Origin: the human T2T-CHM13v2.0 reference genome, Homo sapiens
Strand: one strand, 5' to 3'
Length of the DNA: 64,000 nucleotides
Assembly (NCBI RefSeq): GCF_009914755.1
Contig: NC_060941.1
Shown here: positions 1 through 13,100 of the stretch, one piece after another
Layout of the letters: the number at the start of each line of letters is the position of its first letter
Position numbering within the stretch: position 1 is the stretch's first letter
Program-made: the position numbers and the translations under genes
The notes under the pieces: generated by a model
The model's database searches: none
Told to the model about the DNA's origin: nothing
The model's input: only the letters and a program-made list of their open reading frames with translations

Positions 1-2224
1 TTTGGAGGGCTTTGTGGTTTGTGGTGGAAAAGGAAATATCTTCACCTAAATACTAGAGAGAAGCATTCTCAGAAACTGCTTTGTGATGATTGCATTCACC
101 TCACAGAGTTGAACATTCCTATTGATAGAGCAGGTTGGAAACACTCTTGTTGTGGAATGTGCAAGTGGAGATTTGGAGCGCTTTGAGGCCTATGGTAGTA
201 AAGGGAATAGCTTCATAGAAAAACTAGACAGAAGCATTCTCAGAAAATACTTTGTGATGATTGAGTTGAACTCACAGAGCTGAACATTCCTTTGGATGGA
301 GCAGGTTTGAGACACACTTTTTGTAGAATCTACAAGTGGATATTTGGACCTCTCTGAGGATTTCGTTGGAAACGGGATAACTGCACCTAACTAAACGGAA
401 GGATTCTCAGAAACTTCTTGGTGATGTTTGCATTCAAATCCCAGAGTTGAACCTTCCTTTGATAGTTCAGGTTTGAAACACTCTTTTTGTAGGATCTGCA
501 AGTGGCTATTTGGACCACTCTGTGGCATTCGTTCAAAACGGGTATATCTTCGCATAAAATCTAGACAGAAGCCTTCTCAGAAACTTCTCTGTGATGATTG
601 CATTCAACTCACAGAGTTGAACCCTCCTATGGATAGAGCAGTGTTGAAACTCTCTTTTTGTGGAATCTGCAAGTGGATATGTGGACCTATCCGAAGATGT
701 CTTTGGAAACGGGAATATCTTCACATAAAAACTAAACGGAAGCATTCTCAGAAACTTCTCTGTGTTGTTTGTGTTCAACTCCCAGAGTTTCACATTGCTT
801 TTCATAGAGTAGTTCTGAAACATGCTTTTCGTAGTGTCTACAAGTGGACATTTGGAGCGCTTCCAGGCCTGTGGTGGAAAACGAATTATGGTCACATAAA
901 AACTGGAGAGAAGCATTGTCAGAAACTTCTTTGTGATGATTGCATTCAACTCACAGAGTTGAAGGTTCCTTTTCAAAGAGCAGTTTCCAATCACTCTTTC
1001 TGTGGAATCTGCAAGTGGATATTTCGACCTATTTTGAAGATTTCGTTGGAAACGGGATAATCTTCACAGAAAAGCTAAACAGAAGCATTCTCAGAAACTT
1101 CTTTGTGATGCTTGCATTCAACTCACAGAGTTGAACTTTCCTTTCGAGAGAGAAGCTTTGAAACAGTCTTTTTCCAGAATGTGCAAGTGGACATTTGGTG
1201 GGCTTTGAGGCCTGTGGTGGAAAAGGAATTATCTTCCCGTAAAAGCTAGATAGAAGCATTCTCAGAAACTACTTTGTGATGATTGCATTCAAGTCACAGA
1301 GTTGAACATTCCCTTTGACAGAGCAGTTTGGAAACTCTCTTTGTGTAGAATCTGCAAGTGGAGATATGGACCGCTTTGAGGCCTATGGTAGTAAAGGAAA
1401 TAGCTTCATATAAAAGCTAGACAGTAGCATTCACAGAAAACTCTTGGTGACGACTGAGTTTAACTCACAGAGCTGAACATTCCTTTGGATGGAGCAGTTT
1501 CAAAACACACTATTTGTAGAATGTGCAAGTGGATATTTGGGCCTCTCTGAGGATTTCGCTGTAAACGGGATAAACCGCACAGAACTAAACAGAAGCATTC
1601 TCTGAACCCTCTTCGTGATGTTTGCATTCAACTCACAGTGTTGAACCTTTCTTTGATAGTTCAGGTTGGAAACGGTCTTTCTGTAGAAACTGCAAGTAGA
1701 TATTTGTACCTCTCTGAGGATTTCGTTGGAAACGGGATAAACCGCACAGAACTAAAACAGAAGCATTCTCAGAACCCTCTTCGTGATGTTTGCATTCAAC
1801 TCACAGTGCTGAACCTTTCTTTGATAGTTCAGCTTTGAAACACTCTTCTTGTAGAAACTGCAAGTGGATATTTGGTCCTCTCTGAGGATTTCGTTGGAAA
1901 CGGGATAAACCGCACAGAACTAAACAGAAGCATTCTCAGAACCTTCTTCGTGATGTCTGCATTCAACTCACAGTGTGGAACCTTTCTTTGATAGTTCAGG
2001 TTTGAAACACTCTTTTTGTAGAAACTGCAAGGGGATAATTGCACTTCTTTGAGGCCTACCGTTGTAAAGGAAATAACTTCCTATAGAAAGAAGACAGAAG
2101 CTTTCTCAGAAAATTCTTTGGGATGATTGAGTGGAACTCACAGAGCTGAACATTCCTTGCGATGTAGCAGTTTAGAAACACACTTTCTGCAGAATCTGCA
2201 AGTGCATATTTGGACCTCTCTGAG
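1..2224 (+). repeat. Partial 16-mer HOR (left edge)
   Basis: Contains all three copies of the ...AAACGGGATAAACCGCACAGAACTAAA monomer (~1555, ~1722, ~1890) before the EcoRI site at 2225. Confidence 0.9.
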
Positions 2225-4773
2225 GAATTCGTTGGAAACGGGATAATTTCAGCTGACTAAACAGAAGCAGTCTCAGAATCTTCTTTGTGATGTTTGCATT
2301 CAAATCCCAGAGTTGAACTTTCCTTTCAAAGTTCACGTTTGAAACACTCTTTTTGCAGGATCTACAAGTGGATATTTGGACCACTCTGTGTCCTTCGTTC
2401 GAAACGGGTATATCTTCACATGACATCTAGACAGAAGCATTCTCAGAAGCTTCTCTGTGATGACTGCATTCAACTCACGGAGTTGAACACTCCTTTTGAG
2501 AGCGCAGTTTTGAAACTCTCTTTCTGTGGCATCCGCAAGGGGACATGTAGACCTCTTTGAAGATTTCGTTGGAAACGGAATCATCTTCACATAAAAACTA
2601 TACAGATGCATTCTCAGGGACTTTTTGGTGATGTTTGTATTCAACTCCCAGAGTTGAACTTTCCTTTGGAAAGAGCAGCTATGAAACACTCTTTTTCTAG
2701 AATCTGCAAGTGGACGTTTGGAGGGCTTTGTGGTTTTTGGTGGAAAAGGAAATATCTTCACCTAAATACTAGAGAGAAGCATTCTCAGAAACTGCTTTGT
2801 GATGATTGCATTCACCTCACAGAGTTGAACATTCCTATTGATAGAGCAGTTTGGAAACACTCTTGTTGTGGAATGTGCAAGTGGAGATTTGGAGCGCTTT
2901 GAGGCCTATGGTAGTAAAGGGAATAGCTTCATAGAAAAACTAGACAGAAGCATTCTCAGAAAATACTTTGTGATGATTGAGTTTAACTCACAGAGCTGAA
3001 CATTCCTTTGGATGGAGCAGGTTTGAGACACACTTTTTGTAGAATCTACAAGTGGATATTTGGACCTCTCGGAGGATTTCGTTGGAAACGGCATAACTGC
3101 ACCTAACTAAACGGAAGCATTCTCAGAAACTTCTTGGTGATGTTTGCATTCAAATCCCAGAGTTGAACCTTCCTTTGACAGTTCAGGTTTGAAACACTCT
3201 TTTTGTAGGATCTGCAAGTGGATATTTGGACCACTCTGTGGCCTTCGTTCGAAACGGGTACATTTTCGCATAAAATCTAGACAGAAGCTTTCTCAGAAAC
3301 TTCTCTGTGATGATTGCATTCAACTCACAGAGTTGAACCCTCCTATGGATAGAGCAGTGTTGAAACTCTCTTTTTGTGGAATCTGCAAGTGGATATGTGG
3401 ACCTCTCCGAAGATGTCTTTGGAAACGGGAATATCTTCACATAATAAGTAAACAGAAGCATTCTCAGAAACTTCTCTGTGATGTTTGTGTTCAACTCCCA
3501 AAGTTTCACATTGCTTTTCATAGAGTAGTTCTGAAACATGCTTTTCGTAGTGTCTACAAGTGGACATTTGGAGCGCTTCCAGTCCTGTGGTGGAAAACGA
3601 ATTATGGTCACATAAAAACTGGAGAGAAGCATTGTCAGAAACTTCTTTGTGATGATTGCATTCAACTCACAGAGTTGAAGGTTCCTTTTCAAAGAGCAGT
3701 TTCCAATCACTCTTTCTGTGGAATCTGCAAGTGGATATTTCGACCTATTTTGAAGATTTCGTTGGAAACGGGATAATCTTCACAGAAAAGCTAAACAGAA
3801 GCATTCTCAGAAACTTCTTTGTGATGCTTGCATTCAACTCACAGAGTTGAACTTTCCTTTCGAGAGAGAAGCTTTGAAACACTCTTTTTCCAGAATCTGC
3901 AAGTGGACATTTGGAGGGCTTTGAGGCCTGTGGTGGAAAAGGAATTATCTTCCCGTAAAAGCTAGATAGAAGCATTCTCAGAAACTACTTTGTGATGATT
4001 GCATTCAAGTCACAGAGTTGAACATTCCCTTTGACAGAGCAGTTTGGAAACTCTCTTTGTGTAGAATCTGCAAGTGGAGATATGGACCGCTTTGAGGCCT
4101 ATGGTAGTAAAGGAAATAGCTTCATATAAAAGCTAGACAGTAGCATTCACAGAAAACTCTTGGTGACGACTGAGTTTAACTCACAGAGCTGAACATTCCT
4201 TTGGATGGAGCAGTTTCGAAACACACTATTTGTAGAATCTGCAAGTGGATATTTGGGCCTCTCTGAGGATTTCGTTGGAAACGGGATAAACCGCACAGAA
4301 CTAAAACAGAAGCATTCTCAGAACCCTCTTCGTGATGTTTGCATTCAACTCACAGTGCTGAACCTTTCTTTGATAGTTCAGCTTTGAAACACTCTTCTTG
4401 TAGAAACTGCAAGTGGATATTTGGTCCTCTCTGAGGATTTCGTTGGAAACGGGATAAACCGCCCAGAACTAAACAGAAGCATTCTCAGAACCTTCTTCGT
4501 GATGTCTGCATTCAACTCACAGTGTGGAACCTTTCTTTGATAGTTCAGGTTTGAAACACTCTTTTTGTAGAAACTGCAAGGGGATAATTGCACTTCTTTG
4601 AGGCCTACCGTAGTAAAGGAAATAACTTCCTATAGAAAGAAGACAGAAGCTTTCTCAGAAAATTCTTCGGGATGATTGAGTGGAACTCACAGAGCTGAAC
4701 ATTCCTTGCGATGTAGCAGTTTAGAAACACACTTTCTGCAGAATCTGCAAGTGCATATTTGGACCTCTCTGAG
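2225..4773 (+). repeat. 15-mer HOR, type I (2549 bp); same class starts at 7490, 15471, 27865, 30414, 35679, 40944, 43493 (2548 bp) and 51304
   Basis: EcoRI-to-EcoRI distance 2549 = 2716-167. Only two TAAACCGCACAGAAC copies. The monomer carrying GGTTGGAAACGGTCTTTCTGTAG is absent. Confidence 0.9.
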
Positions 4774-4775
4774 GA

Positions 4776-4792
4776 ATTCGTTGGAAACGGGA
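4776..4792 (+). promoter_or_regulatory. CENP-B box (overlaps the unit-defining EcoRI site)
   Basis: ATTCGTTGGAAACGGGA fits NTTCGNNNNANNCGGGN. Confidence 0.92.
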
Positions 4793-4941
4793 TAATTTCA
4801 GCTGACTAAACAGAAGCAGTCTCAGAATCTTCTTTGTGATGTTTGCATTCAAATCCCAGAGTTGAACTTTCCTTTCAAAGTTCACGTTTGAAACACTCTT
4901 TTTGCAGGATCTACAAGTGGATATTTGGACCACTCTGTGTC

Positions 4942-4958
4942 CTTCGTTCGAAACGGGT
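4942..4958 (+). promoter_or_regulatory. CENP-B box
   Basis: CTTCGTTCGAAACGGGT retains the 9 essential bases. Confidence 0.9.
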
Positions 4959-5625
4959 ATATCTTCACATGACATCTAGACAGAAGCATTCTCAGAAGCT
5001 TCTCTGTGATGACTGCATTCAACTCACGGAGTTGAACACTCCTTTTGAGAGCGCAATTTTGAAACTCTCTTTCTGTGGCATCCGCAAGGGGACATGTAGA
5101 CCTCTTTGAAGATTTCGTTGGAAACGGAATCATCTTCACATAAAAACTATACAGATGCATTCTCAGGAACTTTTTGGTGATGTTTGTATTCAACTCTCAG
5201 AGTTGAACTTTCCTTTGGAAAGAGCAGCTATGAAACACTCTTTTTCTAGAATCTGCAAGTGGACGTTTGGAGGGCTTTGTGGTTTGTGGTGGAAAAGGAA
5301 ATATCTTCACCTAAATACTAGAGAGAAGCATTCTCAGAAACTGCTTTGTGATGATTGCATTCACCTCACAGAGTTGAACATTCCTATTGATAGAGCAGGT
5401 TGGAAACACTCTTGTTGTGGAATGTGCAAGTGGAGATTTGGAGCGCTTTGAGGCCTATGGTAGTAAAGGGAATAGCTTCATAGAAAAACTAGACAGAAGC
5501 ATTCTCAGAAAATACTTTGTGATGATTGAGTTGAACTCACAGAGCTGAACATTCCTTTGGATGGAGCAGGTTTGAGACACACTTTTTGTAGAATCTACAA
5601 GTGGATATTTGGACCTCTCTGAGGA

Positions 5626-5642
5626 TTTCGTTGGAAACGGGA
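5626..5642 (+). promoter_or_regulatory. CENP-B box
   Basis: TTTCGTTGGAAACGGGA. Confidence 0.92.
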
Positions 5643-5791
5643 TAACTGCACCTAACTAAACGGAAGGATTCTCAGAAACTTCTTGGTGATGTTTGCATTC
5701 AAATCCCAGAGTTGAACCTTCCTTTGATAGTTCAGGTTTGAAACACTCTTTTTGTAGGATCTGCAAGTGGCTATTTGGACCACTCTGTGGC

Positions 5792-5808
5792 ATTCGTTCA
5801 AAACGGGT
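5792..5808 (+). promoter_or_regulatory. CENP-B box, 16-mer-haplotype variant
   Basis: ATTCGTTCAAAACGGGT keeps the core TTCG....A..CGGG. The 15-mers have CTTCGTTCGAAACGGGT here. Confidence 0.85.
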
Positions 5809-6305
5809 ATATCTTCGCATAAAATCTAGACAGAAGCCTTCTCAGAAACTTCTCTGTGATGATTGCATTCAACTCACAGAGTTGAACCCTCCTATGGATA
5901 GAGCAGTGTTGAAAGTCTCTTTTTGTGGAATCTGCAAGTGGATATGTGGACCTCTTTGAAGATGTCTTTGGAAACGGGAATATCTTCACATAAAAACTAA
6001 ACGGAAGCATTCTCAGAAACTTCTCTGTGATGTTTGTGTTCAACTCCCAGAGTTTCACATTGCTTTTCATAGAGTAGTTCTGAAACATGCTTTTCGTAGT
6101 GTCTACAAGTGGACATTTGGAGCGCTTCCAGGCCTGTGGTGGAAAACGAATTATGGTCACATAAAAACTGGAGAGAAGCATTGTCAGAAACTTCTTTGTG
6201 ATGATTGCATTCAACTCACAGAGTTGAAGGTTCCTTTTCAAAGAGCAGTTTCCAATCACTCTTTCTGTGGAATCTGCAAGTGGATATTTCGACTTATTTT
6301 GAAGA

Positions 6306-6322
6306 TTTCGTTGGAAACGGGA
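6306..6322 (+). promoter_or_regulatory. CENP-B box
   Basis: TTTCGTTGGAAACGGGA. Confidence 0.92.
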
Positions 6323-6818
6323 TAATCTTCACAGAAAAGCTAAACAGAAGCATTCTCAGAAACTTCTTTGTGATGCTTGCATTCAACTCACAGAGTTGAA
6401 CTTTCCTTTCGAGAGAGAAGCTTTGAAACACTCTTTTTCCAGAATGTGCAAGTGGACATTTGGAGGGCTTTGAGGCCTGTGGTGGAAAAGGAATTATCTT
6501 CCCGTAAAAGCTAGATAGAAGCATTCTCAGAAACTACTTTGTGATGATTGCATTCAAGTCACAGAGTTGAACATTCCCTTTGACAGAGCAGTTTGGAAAC
6601 TCTCTTTGTGTAGAATCTGCAAGTGGAGATATGGACCGCTTTGAGGCCTATGGTAGTAAAGGAAATAGCTTCATATAAAAGCTAGACAGTAGCATTCACA
6701 GAAAACTCTTGGTGACGACTGAGTTTAACTCACAGAGCTGAACATTCCTTTGGATGGAGCAGTTTCGAAACACACTATTTGTAGAATGTGCAAGTGGATA
6801 TTTGGGCCTCTCTGAGGA

Positions 6819-7170
6819 TTTCGCTGGAAACGGGATAAACCGCACAGAACTAAACAGAAGCATTCTCTGAACCTTCTTCGTGATGTTTGCATTCAACTCA
6901 CAGTGTTGAACCTTTCTTTGATAGTTCAGGTTGGAAACGGTCTTTCTGTAGAAACTGCAAGTAGATATTTGGACCTCTCTGAGGATTTCGTTGGAAACGG
7001 GATAAACCGCACAGAACTAAAACAGAAGCATTCTCAGAACCCTCTTCGTGATGTTTGCATTCAACTCACAGTGCTGAACCTTTCTTTGATAGTTCAGCTT
7101 TGAAACACTCTTCTTGTAGAAACTGCAAGTGGATATTTGGTCCTCTCTGAGGATTTCGTTGGAAACGGGA
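6819..7170 (+). repeat. Tandem triplet of a ~167-bp B-type (W1-like) monomer with three consecutive CENP-B boxes (6819, 6986, 7154)
   Basis: Boxes are spaced 167 and 168 bp. Each is followed by TAAACCGCACAGAACTAAA(A)CAGAAGCATTCTC. The three copies resemble each other far more than other monomers. Confidence 0.9.
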
Positions 7171-10100
7171 TAAACCGCACAGAACTAAACAGAAGCATTC
7201 TCAGAACCTTCTTCGTGATGTCTGCATTCAACTCACAGTGTGGAACCTTTCTTTGATAGTTCAGGTTTGAAACACTCTTTTTGTAGAAACTGCAAGGGGA
7301 TAATTGCACTTCTTTGAGGCCTACCGTAGTAAAGGAAATAACTTCCTATAGAAAGAAGACAGAAGCTTTCTCAGAAAATTCTTTGGGATGATTGAGTGGA
7401 ACTCACAGAGCTGAACATTCCTTGCGATGTAGCAGTTTAGAAACACACTTTCTGCAGAATCTGCAAGTGCATATTTGGACCTCTCTGAGGAATTCGTTGG
7501 AAACGGGATAATTTCAGCTGACTAAACAGAAGCAGTCTCAGAATCTTCTTTGTGATGTTTGCATTCAAATCCCAGAGTTGAACTTTCCTTTCAAAGTTCA
7601 CGTTTGAAACACTCTTTTTGCAGGATCTACAAGTGGATATTTGGACCACTCTGTGTCCTTCGTTCGAAACGGGTATATCTTCACATGACATCTAGACAGA
7701 AGCATTCTCAGAAGCTTCTCTGTGATGACTGCATTCATCTCACGGAGTTGAACACTCCTTTTGAGAGCGCAGTTTTGAAACTCTCTTTCTGTGGCATCCG
7801 CAACGGGACATGTAGACCTCTTTGAAGATTTCGTTGGAAACGGAATCATCTTCACATAAAAACTATACAGATGCATTCTCAGGAACTTTTTGGTGATGTT
7901 TGTATTCAACTCCCAGAGTTGAACTTTCCTTTGGAAAGAGCAGCTATGAAACACTCTTTTTCTAGAATCTGCAAGTGGACGTTTGGAGGGCTTTGTGGTT
8001 TGTGGTGGAAAAGGAAATATCTTCACCTAAATACTAGAGAGAAGCATTCTCAGAAACTGCTTTGTGATGATTGCATTCACCTCACAGAGTTGAACATTCC
8101 TATTGATAGAGCAGTTTGGAAACACTCTTGTTGTGGAATGTGCAAGTGGAGATTTGGAGCGCTTTGAGGCCTATGGTAGTAAAGGGAATAGCTTCATAGA
8201 AAAACTAGACAGAAGCATTCTCAGAAAATACTTTGTGATGATTGAGTTGAACTCACAGAGCTGAACATTCCTTTGGATGGAGCAGGTTTGAGACACACTT
8301 TTTGTAGAATCTACAAGTGGATATTTGGACCTCTCTGAGGATTTCGTTGGAAACGGGATAACTGCACCTAACTAAACGGAAGCATTCTCAGAAACTTCTT
8401 GGTGATGTTTGCATTCAAATCCCAGAGTTGAACCTTCCTTTGACAGTTCAGGTTTGAAACACTCTTTTTGTAGGATCTGCAAGTGGATATTTGGACCACT
8501 CTGTGGCCTTCGTTCGAAACGGGTACATCTTCGCATAAAATCTAGACAGAAGCTTTCTCAGAAACTTCTCTGTGATGATTGCATTCAACTCACAGAGTTG
8601 AACCCTCCTATGGATAGAGCAGTGTTGAAACTCTCTTTTTGTGGAATCTGCAAGTGGATATGTGGACCTCTCCGAAGATGTCTTTGGAAACGGGAATATC
8701 TTCACATAATAACTAAACAGAAGCATTCTCAGAAACTTCTCTGTGATGTTTGTGTTCAACTCCCAGAGTTTCACATTGCTTTTCATAGAGTAGTTCTGAA
8801 ACATGCTTTTCGTAGTGTCTACAAGTGGACATTTGGAGCGCTTCCAGGCCTGTGGTGGAAAACGAATTATGGTCACATAAAAACTGGAGAGAAGCATTGT
8901 CAGAAACTTCTTTGTGATGATTGCATTCAACTCACAGAGTTGAAGGTTCCTTTTCAAAGAGCAGTTTCCAATCACTCTTTCTGTGGAATCTGCAAGTGGA
9001 TATTTCGACCTATTTTGAAGATTTCATTGGAAACGGGATAATCTTCACAGAAAAGCTAAACAGAAGCATTCTCAGAAACTTCTTTGTGATGCTTGCATTC
9101 AACTCACAGAGTTGAACTTTCCTTTCGAGAGAGAAGCTTTGAAACACTCTTTTTCCAGAATCTGCAAGTGGACATTTGGAGGGCTTTGAGGCCTGTGGTG
9201 GAAAAGGAATTATCTTCCCGTAAAAGCTAGATAGAAGCATTCTCAGAAACTACTTCGTGATGATTGCATTCAAGTCACAGAGTTGAACATTCCCTTTGAC
9301 AGAGCAGTTTGGAAACTCTCTTTGTGTAGAATCTGCAAGTGGAGATATGGACCGCTTTGAGGCCTATGGTAGTAAAGGAAATAGCTTCATATAAAAGCTA
9401 GACAGTAGCATTCACAGAAAACACTTGGTGACGACTGAGTTTAACTCACAGAGCTGAACATTCCTTTGGATGGAGCAGTTTCGAAACACACTATTGGTAG
9501 AATCTGCAAGTGGATATTTGGGCCTCTCTGAGGATTTCGTTGGAAACGGGATAAACCGCACAGAACTAAAACAGAAGCATTCTCAGAACCCTCTTCGTGA
9601 TGTTTGCATTCAACTCACAGTGTTGAACCTTTCTTTGATAGTTCAGCTTTGAAACACTCTTCTTGTAGAAACTGCAAGTGGATATTTGGTCCTCTCTGAG
9701 GATTTCGTTGGAAACGGGATAAACCGCACAGAACTAAACAGAAGCATTCTCAGAACCTTCTTCGTGATGTCTGCATTCAACTCACAGTGTGGAACCTTTC
9801 TTTGATAGTTCAGGTTTGAAACACTCTTTTTGTAGAAACTGCAAGGGGATAATTGCACTTCTTTGAGGCCTACCGTAGTAAAGGAAATAACTTCCTATAG
9901 AAAGAAGACAGAAGCTTTCTCAGAAAATTCTTTGGGATGATTGAGTGGAACTCACAGAGCTGAACATTCCTTGCGATGTAGCAGTTTAGAAACACACTTT
10001 CTGCAGAATCTGCAAGTGCATATTTGGACCTCTCTGAGGAATTCGTTGGAAACGGGATAATTTCAGCTGACTAAACAGAAGCAGTCTCAGAATCTTCTTT

Positions 10101-13100
10101 GTGATGTTTGCATTCAAATCCCAGAGTTGAACTTTCCTTTCAAAGTTCACGTTTGAAACACTCTTTTTGCAGGATCTACAAGTGGATATTTGGACCACTC
10201 TGTGTCCTTCGTTCGAAACGGGTATATCTTCACATGACATCTAGACAGAAGCATTCTCAGAAGCTTCTCTGTGATGACTGCATTCAACTCACGGAGTTGA
10301 ACACTCCTTTTGAGAGCGGAGTTTTGAAACTCTCTTTCTGTGGCATCCGCAAGGGGACATGTAGACCTCTTTGAAGATTTCGTTGGAAACGGAATCATCT
10401 TCACATAAAAACTATACAGATGCATTCTCAGGAACTTTTTGGTGATGTTTGTATTCAACTCCCAGAGTTGAACTTTCCTTTGGAAAGAGCAGCTATGAAA
10501 CACTCTTTTTCTAGAATCTGCAAGTGGACGTTTGGAGGGCTTTGTGGTTTGTGGTGGAAAAGGAAATATCTTCACCTAAATACTAGATAGAAGCATTCTC
10601 AGAAACTGCTTTGTGATGATTGCATTCACCTCACAGAGTTGAACATTCCTATTGATAGAGCAGGTTGGAAACACTCTTGTTGTGGAATGTGCAAGTGGAG
10701 ATTTGGAGCGCTTTGAGGCCTATGGTAGTAAAGGGAATAGCTTCATAGAAAAACTAGACAGAAGCATTCTCAGAAAATACTTTGTGATGATTGAGTTGAA
10801 CTCACAGAGCTGAACATTCCTTTGGATGGAGGAGGTTTGAGACACACTTTTTGTAGAATCTACAAGTGGATATTTGGACCTCTCTGAGGATTTCGTTGGA
10901 AACGGGATAACTGCACCTAACTAAACGGAAGCATTCTCAGAAACTTCTTGGTGATGTTTGCATTCAAATCCCAGAGTTGAACCTTCCTTTGATAGTTCAG
11001 GTTTGAAACACTCTTTTTGTAGGATCTGCAAGTGGATATTTGGACCACTCTGTGGCATTCGTTCAAAACGGGTATATCTTCGCATAAAATCTAGACAGAA
11101 GCCTTCTCAGAAACTTCTCTGTGATGATTGCATTCAACTCACAGAGTTGAACCCTCCTATGGATAGAGCAGTGTTGAAACTCTCTTTTTGTGGAATCTGC
11201 AAGTGGATATGTGGACCTCTTTGAAGATGTCTTTGGAAACGGGAATATCTTCACATAAAAACTAAACGGAAGCATTCTCAGAAACTTCTCTGTGATGTTT
11301 GTGTTCAACTCCCAGAGTTTCACATTGCTTTTCATAGAGTAGTTCTGAAACATGCTTTTCGTAGTGTCTACAAGTGGACATTTGGAGCGCTTCCAGGCCT
11401 GTGGTGGAAAACGAATTATGGTCACATAAAAACTGGAGAGAAGTATTGTCAGAAACTTCTTTGTGATGATTGCATTCAACTCACAGAGTTGAAGGTTCCT
11501 TTTCAAAGAGCAGTTTCCAATCACTCTTTCTGTGGAATCTGCAAGTGGATATTTCGACCTATTTTGAAGATTTCGTTGGAAACGGGATAATCTTCACAGA
11601 AAAGCTAAACAGAAGCATTCTCAGAAACTTCTTTGTGATGCTTGCATTCAACTCACAGAGTTGAACTTTCCTTTCGAGAGAGAAGCTTTGAAACACTCTT
11701 TTTCCAGAATGTGCAAGTGGACATTTGGAGGGCTTTGAGGCCTGTGGTGGAAAAGGAATTATCTTCCCGTAAAAGCTAGATAGAAGCATTCTCAGAAACT
11801 ACTTTGTGATGATTGCATTCAAGTCACAGAGTTGAACATTCCCTTTGACAGAGCAGTTTGGAAACTCTCTTTGTGTAGAATCTGCAAGTGGAGATATGGA
11901 CCGCTTTGAGGCCTATGGTAGTAAAGGAAATAGCTTCATATAAAAGCTAGACAGTAGCATTCACAGAAAACTCTTGGTGACGACTGAGTTTAACTCACAG
12001 AGCTGAACATTCCTTTGGATGGAGCAGTTTCGAAACACACTATTTGTAGAATGTGCAAGTGGATATTTGGGCCTCTCTGAGGATTTCGCTGGAAACGGGA
12101 TAAACCGCACAGAACTAAACAGAAGCATTCTCTGAACCTTCTTCGTGATGTTTGCATTCAACTCACAGTGTTGAACCTTTCTTTGATAGTTCAGGTTGGA
12201 AACGGTCTTTCTGTAGAAACTGCAAGAAGATATTTGGACCTCTCTGAGGATTTCGTTGGAAACGGGATAAACCGCACAGAACTAAAACAGAAGCATTCTC
12301 AGAACCCTCTTCGTGATGTTTGCATTCAACTCACAGTGCTGAACCTTTCTTAGATAGTTCAGCTTTGAAACACTCTTCTTGTAGAAACTGCAAGTGGATA
12401 TATGGTCCTTTCTGAGGATTTCGTTGGAAACGGGATAAACCGCACAGAACTAAACAGAAGCATTCTCAGAACCTTCTTCGTGATGTCTGCATTCAACTCA
12501 CAGTGTGGAACCTTTCTTTGATAGTTCAGGTTTGAAACACTCTTTTTGTAGAAACTGCAAGGGGATAATTGCACTTCTTTGAGGCCTACCGTCGTAAAGG
12601 AAATAACTTCCTATAGAAAGAAGACAGAAGCTTTCTCAGAAAATTCTTTGGGATGATTGAGTGGAACTCACAGAGCTGAACATTCCTTGCGATGTAGCAG
12701 TTTAGAAACACACTTTCTGCAGAATCTGCAAGTGCATATTTGGACCTCTCTGAGGAATTCGTTGGAAACGGGATAATTTCAGCTGACTAAACAGAAGCAG
12801 TCTCAGAATCTTCTTTGTGATGTTTGCATTCAAATCCCCGAGTTGAACTTTCCTTTCAAAGTTCACGTTTGAAACACTCTTTTTGCAGGATCTACAAGTG
12901 GATATTTGGACCACTCTGTGTCCTTCGTTCGAAACGGGTATATCTTCACATGACATCTAGACAGAAGCATTCTCAGAAGCTTCTCTGTGATGACTGCATT
13001 CAACTCACGGAGTTGAACACTCCTTTTGAGAGCGCAGTTTTGAAACTCTCTTTCTGTGGCATCCGCAAGGGGACATGTAGACCTCTTTGAAGATTTCGTT

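Larger units (their letters stand above)
4774..7489 (+). repeat. Canonical 16-mer HOR (2716 bp); same class starts at 10039, 12755, 22433, 25149, 32963, 38228, 48589 (2715 bp) and 60980
   Basis: EcoRI GAATTC at 4774 and 7490. 16 box positions counted. ORF-track markers recur at +2716. Confidence 0.93.

Noticed and set aside
4213-4222. Short palindromes (GTTTCGAAAC; also AGAAGCTTCT) as possible cruciform or terminator elements
   Set aside because: Only 10 bp long and present in almost every HOR. Short dyads are a general property of alpha satellite, so nothing specific can be claimed.
5113-5980. Two further B-type box positions (TTTCGTTGGAAACGGAA and TGTCTTTGGAAACGGGA)
   Set aside because: They lack essential CENP-B bases in essentially every HOR. 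They are fixed degenerate boxes, not counted as binding sites and not a local event.
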